From: Candidatus Thorarchaeota archaeon
GTDB taxonomy: Archaea; Asgardarchaeota; Thorarchaeia; Thorarchaeales; Thorarchaeaceae
Reading direction: 5' to 3'
Assembly: GCA_019057475.1 (NCBI GenBank)
Contig: DXJO01000010.1
Span: 384,001 to 448,000 of the forward strand
DNA: 64,000 nt
The position numbers were made by a program, and so were the translations under genes. Under the pieces are notes generated by a model, which ran no database searches, was not told the DNA's origin, and was given only the letters and a program-made list of their open reading frames with translations. Positions 38,352 through 49,354 of the stretch are shown here, in pieces. Within the stretch, counting starts at the first letter, position 1. Every line of letters starts with the position of its first letter.

Positions 38352-41300
38352 ATGAAAAGAACTGTGTTTGCACTGGCTTTTTTTGTAACCCTCTTTGGTT
38401 TTGGTTTGATTACTCCAATTGCTGAATTTGAATCACTACAAATCCAATCAACTGATTCTCAATCATTCACAATGTCTGGCATTGGAGACAACACCGAGGA
38501 CTATGTGGACCAGACCAGCGACCTTCATGCTCCGTCAGACTTAGGTTCACATTCTAGCTTCGCTGCTATGCAGGCTGGACCAGACCAGACTAATGATACT
38601 CTTACAGAAACAGATACAGGCGCCGGTGGTGGTTCTGAATGGCTCTGGGTTGATTCATTTGATGCGACAACTCAAGACTGGACAGAAGTAGGAGCCTCAC
38701 CCTTCCTTGGCGCGCAAGACCAGCCGACCAACTACATCTATTGTACGTCAGGAATCAACATCGACCACGGGTTCTTCGGTTTCACTAATACTACATCAAG
38801 CTCGATAACAGACGTCAACATCTCCATCTACCACAACACAGCAGAACAGACTCAGATAATACTCTATAATTCTACTACAAGCACCACTATCAACTTCGGC
38901 AACTCCGGTGGTGTCTGGGCTTGGGAAACCATTACAGTTGATGGAGATGCGGTAGAACTAGAGATTATGTTTCCTACTGTTGATGAGGTCAACAATGCTT
39001 ATGCAACGGTGAGCGGAAAATCCCAAGGTGGTCCTGGCCAAGTCGATGTAGATGCTATGCGACTCGGCGTCACAGGAACTGGCGGTGGTTCGAACTACGA
39101 GCTGGACCTTGAAGTAGGTTGGACAGCCGCCGACTTCGACGAGTCCAACGAGGAGCTTTGTATCTTCGCTGGTCCTCAGGATGCCGAGTCCCTGAAGGTC
39201 GATGTGTGGAACGACACTGACTCTGCATGGGTCAATGTCATCGCAGACCTCACCTACAACCAGTGGAATAATGTCAGTATCGCCTCACATCTTGTGGACA
39301 CTAGTCTTGAGATTCGATTCCTTGGTGGTACAGAAACAGGGGATACAACACAAGACACTTGGGAGATAGATGCAGTACTAATTCACACATGGACACCAAG
39401 CTACGCTCCCGTGAACGATCAAGCACCCTCCTTGGACAATCCAAGTGATACTGACAACATGTATGGACAGTATCTGGAATATCAGGTCACTGTCTATGTT
39501 TCTGACCAGAACGGCTTCGCAGATATCGACTACTTAGAGATTGGACTATGGGACAACACCCAGACCACAGAGTACTGCAGATTCAGGTACGATGAAGACA
39601 TGAACACCTTCACTGAGCAGTATGATGGTGGAACTTATGTTTCTCTAAACACTGGAAGCTCCACTGCTACAGAGAGCGGCAATGATATCGATGCAACCTT
39701 CTATTTCACAGTAGACTGGGACTTCCCTGACTCTACAGATTTAGACGCTAAATGTTATGTTATTGACACACAGACCGAATCAGCTACCACATGGTATGAG
39801 GTCAATTGGGATGTAGAAACCCGCCTTGATTATTCTGTTGCTCCAAGTATTGATGATGCCTCTGGCACCGCTGACAGAGGTGACTTTGATGGTTCATTCT
39901 CACTGACTGGTACCGTCATCTACTACACTTCTGTGGATGATTTTCCAGCATCAACTGATGTCGATGCCTGGGTGTCTGCATCAGAGTATGGTACCACTGT
40001 GGGACCCTGGAGCGACCTGACCCTCATCTCTGGTGCATTCGATGTCACCTGCTATGGAGATGATGTGGTGGGTCAGGACACCTACACAATCAAGGTGGTT
40101 GAAGAGGGTGCAGGTTCAGGAGGTACTGACCTCTACTATACAACCAGCGTCACTGACACCTACATTGCAGACCGCGTTCAGGTGCAATCTTACTCTGTTG
40201 CTGATGACCGGGTAAATGTAAATGACAATGTAGACATTGATGTGACACTCTATTATGATTATGACAACTCCGCAGTCATTGACGGCACTGTGACTGTCAA
40301 TGGAGCATCAGCAACTCATCAAGGGGCTGGTGTCTGGCGAATAACTGATTCAGAAGCTACAGTCATGGCCAATACCTACAACACTGTGGCCTGCTCTGGT
40401 GGAACACATGGCATAACCACAGTGGACCAGAACGGACAGTCTCAGACTGTTATCTGGGACCAAGTGATTGTGGTTTCATACTCTGTAACTGATAACAGAG
40501 TCGATATCAATACGGTAGTGAATGTAGACGTTACACTCCAATATGACTATGACAACACTGCAGTGACTGATGGCACAGTCACAATCAATACGATCTCTGC
40601 CACTCATCAAGGCTCAGGTGTCTGGAGAATTACACCCTCTCAGGCATCTGTGACTGCAGTTACTTACAACTCAGTTGCAGCCAGTGGTAATACTCATGGA
40701 ATCACATCAGTAAATCAGAACGGACAAAGCCAACAGGTCATCTGGGACCAGATCACTGTGACGGGTTACACAGTGTCTGACGCTCGTGTCAACATCAATG
40801 ATAATGTGAACGTAGATGTCACAATCGAGTATGCATATGACAATACAGCTGTGACTGATGGTATAGTCACAATCAACGGAGCTTCAGCAACCCATCAAGG
40901 AGCGGGAGTATGGCGAATAGTAACCTCACAGAGCACGGTCCAACAAGTCACTTACAACACAGTAGCCGCCTCTGGAAACACTGAAGGGATTACTTCAGTA
41001 AATCAGAATGGTCAATCTACCGCTGTCATATGGGACAGAATCAGCGTACAGACAACTGTTGTTGATGATGGTCGTGTGGGCGTAGGCACAAGTGCAGAGG
41101 TTCGCGTCACACTATGGCTTGAATACGACAGTACATTTCTCGGTGCTGGCGACACAGTAACACTAGATGGCGTCGCGATGACTTGGGATGCTGTAAACTT
41201 ATGGTTTGATCTATCTCGCACTCAAGCCTCAGTTGGCTTGTGGGTCTACTTTGTGAACTCCAGTTCGGAGACCGGTTTTGGCATCACTGAATTGAACCTC

Positions 41301-44300
41301 AACTCTCAGAGTGTTTCTGTAATCTGGGACCGTGTTCAAGTTCAGTCCTATTCGGTCGCAGACAGTCGGGTGAACATCAATGACAATATCGATGTTGACG
41401 TGACACTCTATTATGATTATGACAACACTGCAGTCACAGACGGTACTGTGACCATCAATGGTCTATCTGCAACACATCAGGGTGCAGGTGTCTGGAGGGC
41501 CACTGACTCGAAAGCCACAGTCCAGCTCTTTACCTACAACTCAGTTGCAGCGTCAGGGAACACCCATGGAATCTCAGTCGTCGACCAGAACTCCCAGACA
41601 CAGGATGTCATCTGGGATCGAGTTCAGGTTCAATCTTACAGTGTGGCTGATGCTCGAGTTAACATCAATGACAATGTGGATATCGATGTCACTCTTGTCT
41701 ATGACTACGACAATACCGCAGTCACAGATGGAACTGTGACCATCAACGGAGCTTCAGCAGCACATCAAGGAGCTGGAGTGTGGAGAATCACTGATTCTGA
41801 AGCCGTTGTAATGTCCAATACTTACAATACTGTAGCATCATCCGGAAACACTCACGGAATCTCAACTGTGGACCAGAACGGTCAATCCCAACAGGTCATC
41901 TGGGACCAGATCACTGTGACGGGTTATGCAGTGTCTGACGCTCGAGCCAACATCAATGATAATGTGAACGTGGATGTAACCATAGAGTATGCTTATGACA
42001 ACTCCGCCGTAACTGATGGTACTGTTATGATTAATGGAAATTTGGCTACACATCAGGGATCCGGTATCTGGCGGATTGTGGAATCACAAAGTACGGTCCA
42101 ACAAGTTACTTACAACACTGTTGCGGCATCAGGGAACACTGAAGGGATTACTTCAGTCAATCAGAACGGTCAATCTACAGCGGTCGTGTGGGATAGAATC
42201 AGTGTCCAGACTACAGTTGTTGATGACGGACGAGTCGGAATCGGTTCTAGTGTCGAGATTCGAGTCACATTATGGTTAGAATATGACAGCACATTCCTTG
42301 GTGCGGGTGACTCGGTCACTCTAGATGGCGTTGCTATGACATGGGATGGGGTCAACACATGGTTTGATTTGTCCCGCTCTCAGGCTTCAGTTGGTCTGTG
42401 GATCTACTTTGTGAACACAAGTTCAGAAGCTACCTACGGCATTACTGCTTTGAATCTTAACTCTCAGAGTGTTTCTGTAATCTGGGATCGAGTACAGGTC
42501 CAGTCCTACTCAGTGTCAGACAGTCGGGTGAACATCAATGACAATGTCGACATCGATTCCACGCTCTACTATAACTATGACAACACCGCAGTCACAGATG
42601 GTACTGTCACAATCAACGGTCTGTCTGCAACTCATCAGGGAGCCGGTGTCTGGCGCGTCACTGACTCAAAAGCTACAGTTCAGCTCTTCACCTATGACAC
42701 CGTTGCAGCTTCAGGGAATGCTCACGCCATCACAGTCGTTGACCAGAACTCCCAGACACAGGATGTCATCTGGGACCGTGTCCAAATACAGTCCTACAGC
42801 GTGACTGATGCTAGAGTGAATATCAACGACAATGTCGATGTTGATGTCACCCTGGTCTATGATTATGACAATACAGCAGTCACAGATGGTACAGTAACAA
42901 TCAACGGAGCCTCTGCTACCCATCAGGGTGTTGGAGTGTGGAGAATCACCGATTCAGAAGCTGTTGTAATGTCCAATACTTACAACATCATAGCAACATC
43001 CGGAAACACTCACGGAATCTCAACAGTGGATCAGAATGGTCAGAGCCAACTTGTCATTTGGGACCAGATTACAGTGAGAAGCTACATAGTAGCTGACACA
43101 AGAGTCAACATCAATGACAACATGAATATTGATGTGACCATCGAATACGAATATGATGATTCTGCGGTCACCGATGGAACTGTGACCATCAACGGAGCTT
43201 CGGCAACCCATCAAGGAGCTGGAGTGTGGAGGATTACAGATTCAGAAGCCACAGTCATGATGAACACCTATGATACAATTGTGTGTTCAGGGAATGCTGA
43301 GGGAATCACATCAGTGAATCAAAACTCTCAGTCTGTGGATGTTATATGGGATCGAATACAAGTACAATCCTACTCTGTTGCTGATACAAGAGTCAACATT
43401 TCAGATACTGTCGACATTGATTTCACACTCTACTATGATTATGACAATTCAGCTGTGACTGATGGTACAGTGACAGTCAATGGAATCTCTGCAACTCATC
43501 AAGGTGCTGGAGTGTGGAGAATAACAGATTCTGAGGTGACCGTGACTGCAAATACCTATGACACAGTTGTTTGCTCTGGTGGAACCCACGGAATCACGAC
43601 AGTGGATCAGAATGGTCAATCACAGCAAGTCATCTGGGATCAAGTGACTGTTGTTTCATACTCCGTTGCTGACAGCAGGGTGGACATCAACACGGTTGTA
43701 AATGTTGACGTTACTATCCAATATGATTATGACAATTCAGCTGTGACTGATGGAACAGTCACAATCAATGGCATTTCAGCTACTCATCAGGGCGCTGGAG
43801 TCTGGCGAATTTCGCCTTCACAGGCTGCAGTGACTGGCGTAACCTACAATCTTGTCGTGGCCAGTGCAAATACTCATGGAATTACATCTGTAGACCAGAA
43901 CAGCCAGAGTCAGGATGTAATCTGGGACAGGGTGCAAGTTCAATCTTACAGTGTTCTCGATGCTCGTGTCAATATCAACGACAATGTCGACATCAATGTG
44001 ACACTATTCTATGATTATGACAACACAGCTATCACTGACGGCACAGTGACAATCAATGGCATCTCAGCCACTCATATTGCGAACGGTGTGTGGCTGATCA
44101 CTGAGACAGAATCAACAGTCACTTCCAACACTTACCTGACTGTAGCTGCTTCAGGCAACACCCACGGAATTGACTTTGTGGATCAGAATGGTCAGAACCA
44201 ACAGGTCATCTGGGATCAGATAACAGTGAGAAGCTACAGTGTTGCTGATACTCGGGTCAATGTGGGCGATAGTGTGAATATTGACGTGACAATCGAATAC

Positions 44301-47300
44301 GAGTATGACGATACAGCTGTGACAGACGGTACAGTCACAATCAATGGTCTAACCGCTACCCATCAGGGTGCAGGAGTCTGGAGAGTTGTTGACTCAGAAG
44401 CCACGGTAGTGTTGAACACCTACAATCTCGTGGCCTGCTCTGCTAACGCTGAAGGAATCACATCAGTCAATCAGAACGCTCAGTCTGTTGATGTAATATG
44501 GGACAGAGTACAAGTTCAGTCCTATTCAGTTTCTGATGGCCGAGTCGGTCTGAACGATAATGTGAACATCGATGTCACCATTGTCTACGACTATGACAAC
44601 TCTGCAGTAACAGATGGTGTAGTCACTATTAACGGTCTTTCAGCATCTCATCAAGGTGCTGGAGTTTGGATGGTAACTGACTCAAAAGCAACTGTGCAGC
44701 TCTTCACCTATGACAGCATTGCAGTGTCAGGGATTACCCATGGTATATCAGTTGTTGACCAGAACTCTCAGAGTGTTGATGTGATTTGGGACCAGATAGT
44801 TGTACAAACAACTGTTGTAGATGATAATCGATTGGATGTCAGTGCAAATGCTGAGATTCGAGTGACTCTCATGCTTGCTTATGACAACACGTTCCTCGGT
44901 GCAGGTGACACTGTCACTCTTGATGGAACAGCTATGACTTGGGATGTTGGCAACTCTTGGTTTGATTTGACAGTAAGTCAATCCACTGTTGGTGCGTGGA
45001 CTTACTTTGTAAACTCCACAACAGATTCCACCTATGGAATCACAAGCCTAGATTTGAACTCTCAACAGGTGCAGGTCATATGGGATGAGATCGTAGTTCA
45101 GACAACAGTGGCTGACGATACTCGTGTGAACATGGGAATCAATGTAGAGATCCGAGTAACACTCTTGCTAGCATATGACAGCACATTCCTTGGTGCAGGC
45201 GACACTGTTACACTTGATGGCACCGCCATGACCTGGGATGGGGCGAACTCCTGGTTCAATCTGACAGTGTCCCAAGCTTCAGTAGGTCTATGGTCCTACT
45301 TTGTGAACTCAAGCTCTGATGCAACATATGGAATCATTGCACTAGACCTGAATTCCCAGAGTGTTGATGTGATTTGGGATAGAATTGTTGTCCAGAGCAC
45401 TGTTGTTGACGATGGAAGGGTTGACACAAGCGCAAATGCTGAGGTTCGGGTCACACTCATGCTTGAGTATGACAGCACCTTCCTAGGAGCAGCTGATTCT
45501 GTCACACTTGATGGCACCGCGATGACATGGGACGCTGGCAACTCCTGGTTTGATTTGGCAGTAAGTCAATCAACAGTTGGATCCTGGACATACTTTGTGA
45601 ACGCAAGTCTTGACTCCAGCTATGGTATAGACCTGTTGGACCTCAATGGCAACAGTGTCAGTGTTATCTGGGATAGGGTACAGGTCCAGTCATACTCTGT
45701 GATTGATGATCGTGTCAATATTGGCGATAGTGTTGACGTCGATGTTTCACTGCTCTATGATTATGATGACGCACCAGTCACAGATGGTACTATCACTGTG
45801 AATGGAATAGCAGCCACTCATCAAGGAGCTGGTGACTGGAGGTTCTCTGACTCTGAAGTTGCAGTTTCCTTGAACACTTACAACCTCGTTTCGAGCAGTG
45901 GTAACGCTTATGGACTCACTGTTGTGGACCAGAACTCACAGACACAGGATGTCATCTGGGACAGACTCGTCATTGTCATAGGCGTTGATGATGCATCTTC
46001 ACTGAATGGTCATCAGGCAAACTTCACACTCACTGTGACGTATGACTATGATGATGTAGTCTGTACAACCTACCAGATCGTGATTGACAGAAATGCCACC
46101 TGGTGGCACTTGTTCATCGACACCAATGTATCGCTCTTCGTCGACACTAACACAGACGTCACATACTTGTACAATGCAAGTCTTGTATCAAGCGAATCCA
46201 CATACGGTATCACAGCGTTCACCACCAACACTCTACAGGTGACTTGGTCACTAGCTCCAAATGAGCTTCCTGTCAATGACTCAAGTCCAGTACTGACAAA
46301 CGGTGATGACACTGACTATCTCTATGCCCGATATCGTTACTATGTGATCACAACCTCTGTGAGTGACCTCGATGGTTATGCTGACATCAGCTATGTCGAG
46401 TTGACACTCTATTCAGACGACCAGATCACTCAATACTGGACTATACGATACACAGTTGGAACAGATGCTTTCTCAGTCGAATCTGGTGGATTGAATATCA
46501 CTGTTGGTGCAATGTCAAATGCAGTTGGCGTTGGAAACACTCTGACTGTAACTTGGCATATCAAGATTGGCTGGGACCATGCAGACATTGTAGACTCAGA
46601 TATTCAACAGATCGTCAATGATGGTACTGCGACCGATTCAGACCTTTATGAGACCAATTGGAACGTAGAGACCCGTCTAGATTACTCCGTTGTACCCTCT
46701 CTATCTGATGATCGTGGGGATGTGGACACCGCGGACCTTGTTGCAACAGGTACCATCACATACTACCAATCTAGTCTTAATCCTCTATCAAACGAAACTG
46801 ATGTTTGGGTGTTGCATGATTCTGCTGGGACCTGGAGTGGAGACCTAATAGCTGGTAGTTTTAGCATCACCAGCATTGGGTCGTCTGCATTAGTGAGACT
46901 AAACAATTACACAATCAAGATTGTTGCTGAAGGTAGTGGATCTGGAGGTACAGACCTATATTTCTCGACCAGTCTGACTGATACCTTCATCACTGACAGG
47001 ATTGAGATCTACGAGGCAGGTGTTGTCGATAGTCGAATCAACATCAACTCTGACTGTGAGGTCTGGTGGAGAGCAAGGTACGGGTATGACGGCACCGAGA
47101 TTCAGAGTGCATTGACACTCGAGCTCAACGGTTCTAGAACTCTTGTTTGGGATGATGGTAGCCTCTATTGGAGATGGCAAGAAACCTCGATAAGTCCTGC
47201 ATCAGCAGGCTTTGATGTTGCATCTGCCAGTGAGTCGACTTACGGACTAACTGCTTGGTCAGCAACAACCTCAGTACAGCAGGTGATTTGGGACGCTCTA

Positions 47301-49268
47301 GTCATCACCTTGACTGATCCTGTTGACCAGAGAATCGATGTTGGTGCCAACGCAACAGGTATCTTCGTAAGTGCAGTCTATGCATTCGATGGAGCTGCTT
47401 TTGATGGTAGTTTTACGCTGAATAACACTAACTTCCAATATGCATCGCCACAGATGCAAGGTTACACTGTGCTTACTGTGTCAGGAGATACTCATGGCAT
47501 CACAGCAATCCAGACTAATGCCGCCACATTTTGCATCTGGGATTCACTGACCATCACAATCACTGGTCCATCAGATCAGCGAATCAACATCAATGCGAAC
47601 GCATCAGGTATTGTAGTGACTGCCATCTATGAATATGATGGTTCAGCGTTTGATGGTAGTTTCACGCTGAACAACACTAACTTCCAATATGCTGTGCCGC
47701 AGGTGCAGGGTTACACTGTGCTTACTGCGTCAGGTGATACCCACGGCATTACAGCAATCCAGTCTAATGATGCTACATACTGCATCTGGGATAGAGTTCT
47801 GGTTGTTTCAATTAATGCTGACGAAATCTACCATGACCCAGATGATGATGTGATGATATCTGCTGAGTTACAGTACGAGTATGATAGTTCTCCAGTCTTA
47901 ACTGGCACATTTGTTATTGCCGGTTACCCAATGACTCATGTTAGTTCTGGCGTGTGGGAGGCTCAAGTCACAATAAGCACATACCAGGCAATAGACTTTG
48001 ATGATCTCACAGCAAGCGATGCAACTCTCTATGGTATTAGTGAGTACAACATGGATGGTAATTCAGCAACTGTATACTGGGATCGACTTGAGTTCTATTC
48101 TGTATCAGTGGATGATGACAGGATCAATGTTGGGGCTTCAACTGAGATTCAATGGAGTGTGAGGCTTGAGAATGCAGGTGTCTCCATTACTACTGGAGTT
48201 ACAGCTCAAATGACTGGTGCCATCGCGCTCACACCATCAGCTGGTGTCTATACTGCTACAATTACTGAGAGTGCGGTTGGAAGTGTGACCTATAGCATTC
48301 TGACAGCGTCACTTGGAGAGATTGGTCAATTTATCCAGAGTGAGTCTGACGCGACCGTTATCTGGGATCAGGTCTTGTTGACATCGATTGTTGCAACACC
48401 ACTCTCCCTAGACATAAGGACAGCAACAGAAATCCGAGTTACACTGGTCTATGAATTCGACTCCACTGATGTCACAACAGGCGTTGTCAATCTTGATGAT
48501 GATGGTGTTTCAGTTGCAATGTCTTACAATTCTGCAGGTGGCTATTGGAGTGCTTCTGTCACAAAGAACACTGCTGGTAATTACGCCTTCACAGTTGACA
48601 GTGTTTCAGGCAACACTCATGGTATCTCTTCACTCAATACAGATGGTCTGAGTGTAGAGGTTGAGTGGGTAGGTGTTTCTGGCTTCGTGCCAGACACAAT
48701 GACTCTGATGCTTATTGGTGGTGGTGTTGGTATTGCTGTAATTGGTGCGGCTATTGTTGCCTCACGTCGAAGGAGAGATGGACTTGCAGTTGGCGTTGGT
48801 GATATCGAGCCCGGCGATTTCGGTGTTGCTGAGCCAACTGAAGCTGTTGCTCCTGTCGAACCGGAGGTCATTGAGCCTGAGGTTGAAGCAATCCCTGAGG
48901 AAATTGAACCAGAAGAGATTGAGCCTACAGAGCCTGAAGTTATGGAGGAACCAGAGGAATTGGTTTCTGATGTTGAAGCTGACTTAGTCGATGAAGCAGT
49001 TGAACCAGAGGAAGTTGAACTTCCTCCGATCGATGAAGAACTCACAGAGCTTGAAGCAGAAGATGCCGCAATCGAACCTGAAGTAGAAGTGGTCGAGGAA
49101 ATTCCAGAGCCAGAGGTCCCAGTAGATCTGTCAAAGTTGACTAAGAAAAAGATTCTTGATCTCATCCCCGATCACATCAAAGAAACCACCTTACCTAAGG
49201 AGCTTAAACGGCTCACTAAACGGGAATTGATAAGCATAATCGAGTTATTCAAGGATGATGAGGGATAG
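38352..49268 (+). CDS. Giant repetitive cell-surface protein (about 27 beta-rich Ig-like repeats), TM anchor and acidic Glu/Pro cytoplasmic tail
   Basis: 3638 aa; signal peptide; VIWD[RQ] repeats; TM LMLIGGGVGIAVIGAAIVA followed by SRRRR; E/P-rich tail. Confidence 0.92.
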   Translation: MKRTVFALAFFVTLFGFGLITPIAEFESLQIQSTDSQSFTMSGIGDNTEDYVDQTSDLHAPSDLGSHSSFAAMQAGPDQTNDTLTETDTGAGGGSEWLWVDSFDATTQDWTEVGASPFLGAQDQPTNYIYCTSGINIDHGFFGFTNTTSSSITDVNISIYHNTAEQTQIILYNSTTSTTINFGNSGGVWAWETITVDGDAVELEIMFPTVDEVNNAYATVSGKSQGGPGQVDVDAMRLGVTGTGGGSNYELDLEVGWTAADFDESNEELCIFAGPQDAESLKVDVWNDTDSAWVNVIADLTYNQWNNVSIASHLVDTSLEIRFLGGTETGDTTQDTWEIDAVLIHTWTPSYAPVNDQAPSLDNPSDTDNMYGQYLEYQVTVYVSDQNGFADIDYLEIGLWDNTQTTEYCRFRYDEDMNTFTEQYDGGTYVSLNTGSSTATESGNDIDATFYFTVDWDFPDSTDLDAKCYVIDTQTESATTWYEVNWDVETRLDYSVAPSIDDASGTADRGDFDGSFSLTGTVIYYTSVDDFPASTDVDAWVSASEYGTTVGPWSDLTLISGAFDVTCYGDDVVGQDTYTIKVVEEGAGSGGTDLYYTTSVTDTYIADRVQVQSYSVADDRVNVNDNVDIDVTLYYDYDNSAVIDGTVTVNGASATHQGAGVWRITDSEATVMANTYNTVACSGGTHGITTVDQNGQSQTVIWDQVIVVSYSVTDNRVDINTVVNVDVTLQYDYDNTAVTDGTVTINTISATHQGSGVWRITPSQASVTAVTYNSVAASGNTHGITSVNQNGQSQQVIWDQITVTGYTVSDARVNINDNVNVDVTIEYAYDNTAVTDGIVTINGASATHQGAGVWRIVTSQSTVQQVTYNTVAASGNTEGITSVNQNGQSTAVIWDRISVQTTVVDDGRVGVGTSAEVRVTLWLEYDSTFLGAGDTVTLDGVAMTWDAVNLWFDLSRTQASVGLWVYFVNSSSETGFGITELNLNSQSVSVIWDRVQVQSYSVADSRVNINDNIDVDVTLYYDYDNTAVTDGTVTINGLSATHQGAGVWRATDSKATVQLFTYNSVAASGNTHGISVVDQNSQTQDVIWDRVQVQSYSVADARVNINDNVDIDVTLVYDYDNTAVTDGTVTINGASAAHQGAGVWRITDSEAVVMSNTYNTVASSGNTHGISTVDQNGQSQQVIWDQITVTGYAVSDARANINDNVNVDVTIEYAYDNSAVTDGTVMINGNLATHQGSGIWRIVESQSTVQQVTYNTVAASGNTEGITSVNQNGQSTAVVWDRISVQTTVVDDGRVGIGSSVEIRVTLWLEYDSTFLGAGDSVTLDGVAMTWDGVNTWFDLSRSQASVGLWIYFVNTSSEATYGITALNLNSQSVSVIWDRVQVQSYSVSDSRVNINDNVDIDSTLYYNYDNTAVTDGTVTINGLSATHQGAGVWRVTDSKATVQLFTYDTVAASGNAHAITVVDQNSQTQDVIWDRVQIQSYSVTDARVNINDNVDVDVTLVYDYDNTAVTDGTVTINGASATHQGVGVWRITDSEAVVMSNTYNIIATSGNTHGISTVDQNGQSQLVIWDQITVRSYIVADTRVNINDNMNIDVTIEYEYDDSAVTDGTVTINGASATHQGAGVWRITDSEATVMMNTYDTIVCSGNAEGITSVNQNSQSVDVIWDRIQVQSYSVADTRVNISDTVDIDFTLYYDYDNSAVTDGTVTVNGISATHQGAGVWRITDSEVTVTANTYDTVVCSGGTHGITTVDQNGQSQQVIWDQVTVVSYSVADSRVDINTVVNVDVTIQYDYDNSAVTDGTVTINGISATHQGAGVWRISPSQAAVTGVTYNLVVASANTHGITSVDQNSQSQDVIWDRVQVQSYSVLDARVNINDNVDINVTLFYDYDNTAITDGTVTINGISATHIANGVWLITETESTVTSNTYLTVAASGNTHGIDFVDQNGQNQQVIWDQITVRSYSVADTRVNVGDSVNIDVTIEYEYDDTAVTDGTVTINGLTATHQGAGVWRVVDSEATVVLNTYNLVACSANAEGITSVNQNAQSVDVIWDRVQVQSYSVSDGRVGLNDNVNIDVTIVYDYDNSAVTDGVVTINGLSASHQGAGVWMVTDSKATVQLFTYDSIAVSGITHGISVVDQNSQSVDVIWDQIVVQTTVVDDNRLDVSANAEIRVTLMLAYDNTFLGAGDTVTLDGTAMTWDVGNSWFDLTVSQSTVGAWTYFVNSTTDSTYGITSLDLNSQQVQVIWDEIVVQTTVADDTRVNMGINVEIRVTLLLAYDSTFLGAGDTVTLDGTAMTWDGANSWFNLTVSQASVGLWSYFVNSSSDATYGIIALDLNSQSVDVIWDRIVVQSTVVDDGRVDTSANAEVRVTLMLEYDSTFLGAADSVTLDGTAMTWDAGNSWFDLAVSQSTVGSWTYFVNASLDSSYGIDLLDLNGNSVSVIWDRVQVQSYSVIDDRVNIGDSVDVDVSLLYDYDDAPVTDGTITVNGIAATHQGAGDWRFSDSEVAVSLNTYNLVSSSGNAYGLTVVDQNSQTQDVIWDRLVIVIGVDDASSLNGHQANFTLTVTYDYDDVVCTTYQIVIDRNATWWHLFIDTNVSLFVDTNTDVTYLYNASLVSSESTYGITAFTTNTLQVTWSLAPNELPVNDSSPVLTNGDDTDYLYARYRYYVITTSVSDLDGYADISYVELTLYSDDQITQYWTIRYTVGTDAFSVESGGLNITVGAMSNAVGVGNTLTVTWHIKIGWDHADIVDSDIQQIVNDGTATDSDLYETNWNVETRLDYSVVPSLSDDRGDVDTADLVATGTITYYQSSLNPLSNETDVWVLHDSAGTWSGDLIAGSFSITSIGSSALVRLNNYTIKIVAEGSGSGGTDLYFSTSLTDTFITDRIEIYEAGVVDSRININSDCEVWWRARYGYDGTEIQSALTLELNGSRTLVWDDGSLYWRWQETSISPASAGFDVASASESTYGLTAWSATTSVQQVIWDALVITLTDPVDQRIDVGANATGIFVSAVYAFDGAAFDGSFTLNNTNFQYASPQMQGYTVLTVSGDTHGITAIQTNAATFCIWDSLTITITGPSDQRININANASGIVVTAIYEYDGSAFDGSFTLNNTNFQYAVPQVQGYTVLTASGDTHGITAIQSNDATYCIWDRVLVVSINADEIYHDPDDDVMISAELQYEYDSSPVLTGTFVIAGYPMTHVSSGVWEAQVTISTYQAIDFDDLTASDATLYGISEYNMDGNSATVYWDRLEFYSVSVDDDRINVGASTEIQWSVRLENAGVSITTGVTAQMTGAIALTPSAGVYTATITESAVGSVTYSILTASLGEIGQFIQSESDATVIWDQVLLTSIVATPLSLDIRTATEIRVTLVYEFDSTDVTTGVVNLDDDGVSVAMSYNSAGGYWSASVTKNTAGNYAFTVDSVSGNTHGISSLNTDGLSVEVEWVGVSGFVPDTMTLMLIGGGVGIAVIGAAIVASRRRRDGLAVGVGDIEPGDFGVAEPTEAVAPVEPEVIEPEVEAIPEEIEPEEIEPTEPEVMEEPEELVSDVEADLVDEAVEPEEVELPPIDEELTELEAEDAAIEPEVEVVEEIPEPEVPVDLSKLTKKKILDLIPDHIKETTLPKELKRLTKRELISIIELFKDDEG
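40167..45956 (+). repeat. 20 tandem coding repeats (15 x 288 bp and 5 x 294 bp)
   Basis: Trp codons at 40455, 40743, 41031, 41325… give 288/294-bp periods. 15x288 + 5x294 = 5790 bp, which matches the span. Confidence 0.92.
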
Positions 49269-49354
49269 TCTGGTCACACTTGGGAGTCCAAATTCGTGGG
49301 CTCCCTTGTTGCTTACGAAACCTTTTCATGAAGTGAGATTAGGATTAGAATGCC

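Noticed and set aside
40167-45956. CRISPR-like or non-coding repeat array
   Set aside because: The repeats are in-frame 288/294-bp coding units without unique spacers; no cas genes.
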